Assembly (NCBI RefSeq): GCF_009914755.1
Contig: NC_060933.1
Source of the DNA: the human T2T-CHM13v2.0 reference genome, Homo sapiens
DNA: 64,000 nt
Direction: 5' to 3' (one strand)
Below, one piece after another: positions 56,101 to 64,000 of the stretch. Below the pieces are notes generated by a model. The model was given only the letters and a program-made list of their open reading frames with translations. It searched no databases and was not told the DNA's origin. Position numbers and translations under genes: made by a program. Positions within the stretch are counted from its first letter, which is position 1. Each line of letters opens with the position of its first letter.

Positions 56101-59100
56101 GTGTCAATGAGGGCCGCTGCAGGGGCCGAATCCTGCAAAGCCACAGGTGCAGATTGGCCCAAGACCTTGGGAGCCCAGCCCTCACACCCCTGTACCATGG
56201 ATGTGGGACAGGGATTCAAAAAGGATGATTCTGGAGCTGTAGGATTGAGTGACTGGCCTGCTGGGTTTTGGACATTCATGTATCCTATGAATCCCGTCTG
56301 TGTTTTGTGCTTCTTTCTAGCAGTTTTTTTTTTTGTTCTTTTGGCTGAGAAGGCTTACCCATTGCCTGTACAATCATTATACCTTGGAAGTAGTGAAGTT
56401 GCCTTATAATCCAGAGACTCATGGGCAGAAGGGACTGTAGACTTGTCTCAGATAAGACTTCGGGCTTTGGACACCTGAGTAAATGCTGGAATGAGTTAAG
56501 ATTTGGGGGACTGCAGGGAAGGCATCATTGTATTTTGCAATGTGAGAAAGACATGAGATTTGGGGGACCAGGGACAGAATAATATGATTTGGCTCTGTGC
56601 CTCCCCCAAAACTCGTGGAATTTTAATGGGGAATGTTAAAGGTGGGGGCTGGTGGAAGGTGATTTAATCATGGTGGAGAGTGGATGTTGGATGGGGGGGG
56701 ATGGGGAGAGTTGGAGGGTATTGGAGGGTGGGGAGAGTTGGGGGGTTTTTCGGGGGATGGGGAGAGTTGGGGGGATTGTGGTGGGGTTATGGGTGAAAGG
56801 CAGGGGTGGAGGTGGATCCTTCAGAAATGGTTAAACACCGTCTCCTTAATGCTGTCCTTCTGATAGTGAGTTCTCTTCATAATTTTGGAGCCGTGAGACT
56901 GAATGAACACTGACCTGCTGGGTTTTGGATGTCCATTGTGCCTGTGGTCCCACTTGTGTTATTTTTCTTGGAAATTTCTTCCCTTTGGATTGAGAAAATT
57001 TACCCAATACCTGTACCATCATTGTTCCTTGAAAGAAAGCAGTGTGCTTTTAATTTCAGGGACTCATAGGCAGAAGGGCCTTGTCTCAGATGAGACTTTT
57101 AACTTTTCACACTTGAGTTAATGCGGGAATGAGTTAAGGCTTTTGGAAACTTTTGAACAGGCGTGATTGTATTTTACTGTGTGAGAAGGACATGGGATTT
57201 GGGGGGGGTCAAAGTCAGCATAATATGATTTGGTTGTGTGCCTCTAGAAAAACTCACTTGGAATTGTAATCCCAAATGTTGGAGGTGGGGCCTGGTGGGA
57301 GATTATTTAATCATGGATGAGAGGTGTGGGGGTGGAAGAAGAAAGGGGCGGGTAGGGTGGGGAACAGGCCGGCTGTAGGGTTGTGGGAGGGTGGTGGGTA
57401 GTAGGAAGGGAGAGTAGCCTGCTGCAGAGGCAGAGGCTCATGGAAAACCTCTACCAGGGCAGTGCACCTGTGGCTTTGCAGGCTTTAGCCCCCATGGCTG
57501 CCTTTATGGGCTGGGCTGGTATTGAGTACCTATGGCTTTTCCATACTGAGGGTGTGAACTGTTGGTAGGTCTACGAATCTGGGGTCTAGAGGATGGCGGC
57601 CTCCTGCAGAGCGACTCAAAGCCCTTGTTTTCCTTCTGCACTGCCACAGAACAGGATTTCCAAGAGGCTCTGCCTCTGCAGCAGGCTTCTGTCTGGAAAC
57701 AGTAGGGGGTGGAGGTGTGTTGGGGGGGTGGATCCTTCACCAATGGTTAAGCACCATCTTCTTGATGCTGACTTAGTGATAGTGAGTTCTCATGAGATCT
57801 GGTTGTATAACAGGCGGTGGCACCTCTTTCCTCTGTGAGTCTTGCTCCTACTCCTGCCGTATGAAACATTTCATTGCTGCTTTCCTTCTGGTATGATTGG
57901 GAGGCTTCCTGAGTCTTCCCAGAAGCAGAAGCCACCATGCTTTCTTTACAGCCTGAAGACCCATGAGCCAATGAATCCCCTTTTCATTATGACCACACAG
58001 AAAATAAGTACTGCAAAGTGGAGCTATGAAATATCTTCAAGGACTTTTCCCCATTGTCTTGGCTGTTAGCACTGGGCTTCTTTTTAATGCAAATATCTGA
58101 AGCCTTCTTGAAGTTTCCCCTGGTGGAGAGTGGAGGTTGGATGTGTGGGAAGGGGACAGTTGGAGGGTATTGGGAGGGTGGGGAGAGTTAGGGGGGATTG
58201 TGTTTGGGGTTACAGGTGAAAGGCAGGAGTGCCAGGCTGCAACAAAGATAGCTGAAAATGTAAAGCGGTTCAGAAGTCGGTAACACCAGAAGTTGGAGAG
58301 TTTGGAGAGCTTGAAAAAAGACAGGAAGATGAGGGAAAGTTGGGACCATTGTAGAGACTTGTTAAATAGTTTTGATTAGAATGCTGACAGAAGGAAGGCC
58401 AGGGAAGGCCAGGATTACAAGGTCTCAGATGAAAATGAGGAACTTACTGGGAACAGGAGCCAGGGTTACTTTTGTTTTGCTGTAGCAAAGAACGTGGCTG
58501 CAGGGCGACCTTGCCCTTGAGATCTGTGAAACTTTGAACTTGAGGGTGATGATTTAGTGCATATCTGGTGGAATGAACTTCTAGGCACCATAGCACAAGA
58601 GGGATCCTGTCTGCATCAAACAGCCTGCGCTCTCATGTGTGACCAAGGAAATGACCTCAAGTTGGAACTTATATTTAAATGACAAGCAGAGCTCAAAAGT
58701 TTGGAACATTTGCAGCCTGGCCAAGTTGTCAAAGAGAAAAGCTGATTTTCAGGGGGAAAATTCATGAAGTCTCCAGAAATTTGCATAAAATGGAGGCCAG
58801 TGCTAATAGTCAAGACAATTGTGGGGAAAAGCCTTGGAGGCATTTCAGAGATGTTTGCAGCAGCCCTTGCTGTCACAGGCCCTGGGACCTAGGAGAGAAG
58901 AATGGTTTGCTGGGCCAGCCCCATGTCCCTGCTGCTGTGTGCAGCCTCAGGACACTGCTGCCTGCATCCCAGCAGCCCCGGCTCCTGCTCTGACCTTGGC
59001 TGAAAGATGCACAGGTACAGCTTGGGTCACTGCCTCAGAGGGTGCAAGCTATAGGCCTTGGTGGCTTCTACATAGTGTTAAGCCAGTGGGTGCACGGAGC

Positions 59101-62100
59101 ACTAGTCTAGAGACTTGGGAGCCTCCATATAAATATATTTCGGAAGATGTATGGAAATGCCTGGTGTCCAGACAGAAGGCTGCCAAAAAAGCAGAGTCTC
59201 ATGGGAAACCTCTACTTGGGCAGTGCAGAAGGAAAATATGAGGTTGGAGCCCCCACACTGGAGGCCACCATCGTGCGGGCCCCAGGTTCATAGACCCATC
59301 AAAAGCTTCGTACCCTCCATGGGTTAAAATCTCCAGGCACTCAACAGCAGCACAGCCCATGAGGGCAGCTGCGGGGGCTGAACACTGCAAAGCCACAGGT
59401 GCAGAGCTGCCCAAGGCCTTGGGAGCCCAGCCCTCACGCCCTTGTGTCCTGGATGTGGGACAAGGATTTAAAAAGGATGATTTTGGAGCTGTAGGTTTGA
59501 GTAACTGGCCTGCTGGGTTTTGGAATGTCATGGGAACCTGTAAGTCCCGTTTGTGTTTTGTTCTTCTCTCTGGCAAACAATCTTCCTTTCGGGTGGAGGT
59601 TCTTACTCAATGCCTGGACAGTCATACCTTGGAGGTAATTAACTTGCTTTGTATTTCAGAGGCTCAGGGGCAGAAGGGATGGCAGTCTTGTCTCAGAAGA
59701 GACTTTGGGCTTTGGACATTTCAGTAAATGCTGGAATGAGCTAAGACATTGGGAAACTGTAGAGTAGGCATCATTGTATTTTGCAGTGTGAGAACAACAT
59801 GAGATATGGGGGGTCAGGGTCAGAATAATACGATTTGGGTCTGCATCCCTACCAAACTCATTTGGAATTGTAATGGTGAATGTTAAACGTGGGGCCTGGT
59901 GGGAGGTGATTTATTCATGGAGAAGAGTTGGGGGTTGGAGGTAGGGGTGTGGGGAGAATAGGGGAGATTATTTTGTGGGTGGGGGTAAAAGGTAAGGGTA
60001 GGGGGGCAGATCCTTCACAAATGTTTAAACACTATCTCCTTAATGCCGCCTGCGTGATAGTGAGTTCTCTTGATGATATTTGCAGCTGTGGGATTGAGTG
60101 AATACTGTCCCGCTGAGTTTTGGACTTGTGTTGGGCCTGTGGGCCGGTTTGTGCTATTTTTATGGGAAATTTCTTCCCTTTGGACTGAGAAAGCTTACCC
60201 AATGCCCGTACCATCATAGTACCTGGAAAGAGAAGAACTCCATTTTAAATTCAGGGACTCATAGGCAGAAGAGACTGTAGCCTTGTCTCAGGAGAGACTT
60301 TGAATTTTTTTACATTTGGAATGAGTTAAGACTTTTGGAGATTTTTGAAAAGTCATGATTGCATTTTGCTCTGTGATAAGGACATGAGATTCTGGGATAT
60401 CAGGGTCAGAATAATATGGTTTGGCTGTGTGTCCCTGTGAATCTCATGCGGAATCGTAATCCCTAATGTTGAAGCGGGTGACTTAATTATGGACGGGAGG
60501 TTGGTGGTGGTGGAAGGTAAAAGGGATGGGTAGGATTGGGAGGAGTGGGTCGGTAGTAGAGTGGTGGGAGGGTGGCTGGTAGTAGGAAGGAGGAGTAGCC
60601 TGCTGCAGAGTGAGGGACTCATGGAAAACCCTCTACTAGGGCAGTGCACCTGTGGTTTTCAGGGTTTAGCTCCTCAGCTGTTCTCATGTGCTGGACTGGT
60701 ATTGAGGGCCTGTAGCTTTTCCTCACTGAGGGTGCCAGCTGTTGGTGGGTCTGTGAATCTGGGGTCTGGAGGTTGGTAGCCACCTGCGTGAGGGCTCCAA
60801 GCCCATATTTTCTTTCTTTACTTCCATAATAGTGGTTTTCCTAGAGGCTCTGCATCTGCAGGAGGCTTCTGCCTGGAAACAGTGGGAGTTGGGGTGTGAG
60901 TCAGATCCTTCACCAATGTTTAGGCACCATCTTCATGATGGTGACGTGGTGATAGTGAGTTTTCATGAGATCTGGTTGTATAATAGGGCATGACACCTTT
61001 TTCCTCTCTCATGCTTGCTCCTGCTCCTGGCATATGAGATATCTCATTTCCCCTTGACATTCTGGTGTGATTGGGCGGCTTCCTGAGTCCTCTGAGATGC
61101 AGAAACTAGTATGCCTCCTTACAGCCTGCAGAATCATTAACAATTAAACTTCTTTTCTTTTTTATCATTGAGAGCATTTTTAATGCAAAGAAGATCTATT
61201 AGGTGTCTTCAAGGCCTTTTCCCCCATGTCTTGGCTATCAGTACTCAGCTTCTTTTCATTCAAGTCTCTGAATCCTCCTTGAATTTTCCCCCTGAAAATG
61301 GAATTGTCTTCCATACCACATTGCCAGGCTTTGACAAAGATAGGTGATAATGCAGGAACAGGTTCAGAAGAGGGTAGCAGATTGAGTTCAGGAGAGTTTG
61401 GAGGGCTTCCAAGACAAGAAATTGAGGGGAAATTTGGATCTTTGTAAAGAATTGTTAAATACTTGTGATCAGAAGGCTCACAGGAAAATAGACAGTAAAG
61501 ATCAGACTTAGAAGGTCTCAGATGAAGATGAGGAACTTACTGGGAATAGGAGCCAAGGTTAGTTTTGTTTTGCTGTAGCAAAGAATGTGGCTGCACATTG
61601 ACCCTGCCCTGGAGATATGTGAAACTTTGAACTTGAGGGTGATGACTTAGTGAGTATCTGGTGGAATGAACTTCTGGGCAGCAAAGCTCAAGAGGTGTCC
61701 TGTCTGCATGAAACAGCCCTTGCCCTTTTGTGTGACTGAGGAAATGACCTCTGGATGGGTCTTACATTAAATGAGTCACAACTCTTATATTAAATGAGAA
61801 ACAGAACTCAAAAGTCTGGAAAACTTGCAGCCTTGCCAAGTGGTCAGAAAGAAAAGCCGATTTTCAGTGGGAAAATTCAAGAAGGCTTCAGGAATTTGCA
61901 CGAAAAGGAGCCCGGTGCTAATAGCCAAGACAATAAGGAAAAGACCTTGAAGGCATTTCAGAGACCTTTGCAGCAGCCCTTGCTGTCACAGGCCCTGGGG
62001 CCTAGGAGAGAAGCATCGTTTCCTGGGCCAGTTCCATGAGCCCCCTCTATGTGCAGCCTCAGGACACTGCTGCCGGCATCCCTGCAGCTCCATTTCCAAC

Positions 62101-64000
62101 TCCAGTCATGGCTGAAAGATGCACAGGTAGAGTTTGCATCCCTGCTTCAGGGGTGCAAGTTCCAAGCCTTGGTGTCTTCCACATAGTGTTAAGCCAGCAG
62201 CTGCACAGAGCACAAAACTAGAGGCTTGGGGGCCTGTGTCTAGACTCCAGAGTATGTACGGAAAAACCTGGGTGTTCAGGCAGAAGCTTTTCCAAGAGGC
62301 AGAGCCTCATGGCACACCTTTACCAGGGCAGTACAGAAGGAGAAAATGGGGTTGGAGTCCCTAAATATGGAGACACCATTCTCCAGACCTTAGATTCATA
62401 GATGCACCAACAGCTGGCACCCTTAGTGTGGAAAAGCCACAGGCACTCAACACAGCCCAGCCCATGAGGGCAGCTGTGGGGGATATATCATGCAAATCCA
62501 CAGGTGCAGAGTTGCCCAAGGCCTTGGGAGCCCAGCCATCACATGCCTGTGCTCTAGATGTGAGATGTAGATCCAGAAAAGATGATTTGGAGCTGCAGGA
62601 TTCAATGACTGGCCTGCTGGGTTTTTGACTTCATGGGGTCTGTAAGTCCTTGGACTTTTCAGTAAATGCTGGAATGAGTTAAGTCATTGGGGGACAGTAG
62701 AGAAGTCATCATTGTATTTTGCAGTGTGACAAGGATACAAGATTTGGGGACCAAAGGCCAGAATAATATGATTTGGTTCTGCGTCCCTACCAATACTCAT
62801 GTGGAATCGTAATGGGGAATGTTAAAGTTGGGGCCTGGTTGAAGGTGACTTAATCATGGAGAAGAGTGGGGGTTGGAGGTAGGGGTTTGGGGAGAATGGG
62901 GGAGATTATTTTGTGGGTGGGGGTGAAAGATGAGGATAGGGGGGTGGATTCTTCACAAATGGTTAATCACTATCTCCTTAATGCTGTCTGCATGATAGTG
63001 AGTTCTCTTGATGATCATGGAGCTTAAAGATTGAGTGAATACTGTCCTGCTGGGTTTTGGACTTGCATTAGGCCTGTGGTCCCATTTGTGTTATTTTTAT
63101 GGGAAATTTCTTCCCTTTGGATTGGGAAAGCTTACACAATGCCTGTACCATCATTGTACCTTGAAAGAAAAGAAATCCCTTTTAAATTCAGGGACTCATA
63201 TGCAGAAGGGACAGTAGCCTTGTCTCAGGTGAGACTTTGAACTTTTTACATTTGGAATGAGTTAAGGCTGTTGGAACTTTTGAAAAGGCATGATTGTATT
63301 TTACTCTGTGATAAGGACATGAGATTCTGGGATAGCAGGGTCAGAATAATATGGTTTGGCTGTGTGTCCCTATAAAAATTCATGTGGAATTTTAATTCCA
63401 AATGTTGAAGTTGGGGCCTGGGGGAGATGATTTAATCATGGACTGGAAGGGGTTGGGGTGGAAGGAAAAGGGTTGGTTAGGGTGGGGAGGAGTAGGCTGG
63501 CAGTAGGGTGGTGGGAGGGTGGTGGGTGGGAGGAAGGGGGAGCAGCCTGCTGCAGAGGCAGAGGCTCATGGGAAACCCTCTACTAGGGCAATGCACCTGT
63601 GGCTTTGCAGGGTTTAGCCCCTGCCGCAGCTCTCATGGGCTGGGCTGGTGTTGAGTGCCTGTAGCTTTTCCACACAAGGTGTGAGCTGTTGGTGGGTCTA
63701 TGAATCTGGGGTCTGGAGGTTGGTGGCCATCTGTGTGGGTGCTCCAAGCCCATATTTCCCTTCCACACTTCCCTAGTAGAGTTTTCCAAGAGGCTCTGCC
63801 TCTGCCTCAGGCTTCTGCCTGGAAATAGTGGGAGTTGGGGGTAGGGGGCGAATCCTTCACCAGTGGTTAAGCACCATCTTTGTGATGCTGACCTTGTGAT
63901 AGTGAGTTCTCATGAGATCTGGTTGTATAATAGGGTGTGGGACCTCTCTCCTCTCCCTGTCTTGCTCCTCCTCCTGCCACATGAATCATCTCATTGCCCC
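44180..64000 (+). repeat. MSTB LTR/internal-derived macrosatellite, ~3.1-kb diverged monomers, at least 6.5 copies, continuing past the window end
   Basis: Marker ctgctgcagaggcagag(g)ctcatg recurs at ~44580, 47328, 50665, 54400, 57418, 60598 and 63546. Marker ggtctcagatgaa recurs at ~45491, 48331, 52236, 55188, 58421 and 61514. The ORF track shows repeated identical translations. Confidence 0.88.

Noticed and set aside
55813-56409. 198-aa ORF, and the many other 60-190-aa ORFs in 43-64 kb
   Set aside because: Chance open frames in MST-internal/LTR sequence; frames are not conserved between monomers except within recently duplicated patches.

Overview
Human/great-ape genomic DNA (Alu/L1-rich, GT-AG introns), typical of a pericentromeric segmental duplication; nothing prokaryotic. 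Three blocks. (1) 1-38.6 kb: the 3' half of an ANKRD20A-family gene (ANKRD26/ANKRD18/CCDC144 superfamily) on the + strand. Five exons encode the C-terminus I recall for ANKRD20A (ending ...FQTSRKKI*, stop at 14162), followed by an AATAAA donated by an old L1. Downstream are six more exons with intact GT-AG sites and compatible phases, which would add 367 uninterrupted ANKRD18-like codons if the GTAAGT donor at 14112 is used, then two remnant terminal exons. A dead CCDC144-like large exon lies at 7393-8504. (2) 38.7-42.95 kb: a GC-richer segment with a ~15-bp GGTCAGTGGGGACCT minisatellite, a 98-bp inverted repeat and a 5'-truncated processed SNX18 pseudogene. (3) 42.95-64 kb, running off the window: a ~21-kb tandem array built from scrambled MSTB (ERVL-MaLR) LTR and internal pieces. 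Monomers are ~3.1 kb and contain built-in inverted segments, G-rich tracts and TGATTTAATCA homeodomain-type sites, with recent near-identical patches at several offsets. Gene and repeat family names come from recalled sequences, not from a database search. The exact paralog cannot be determined here.
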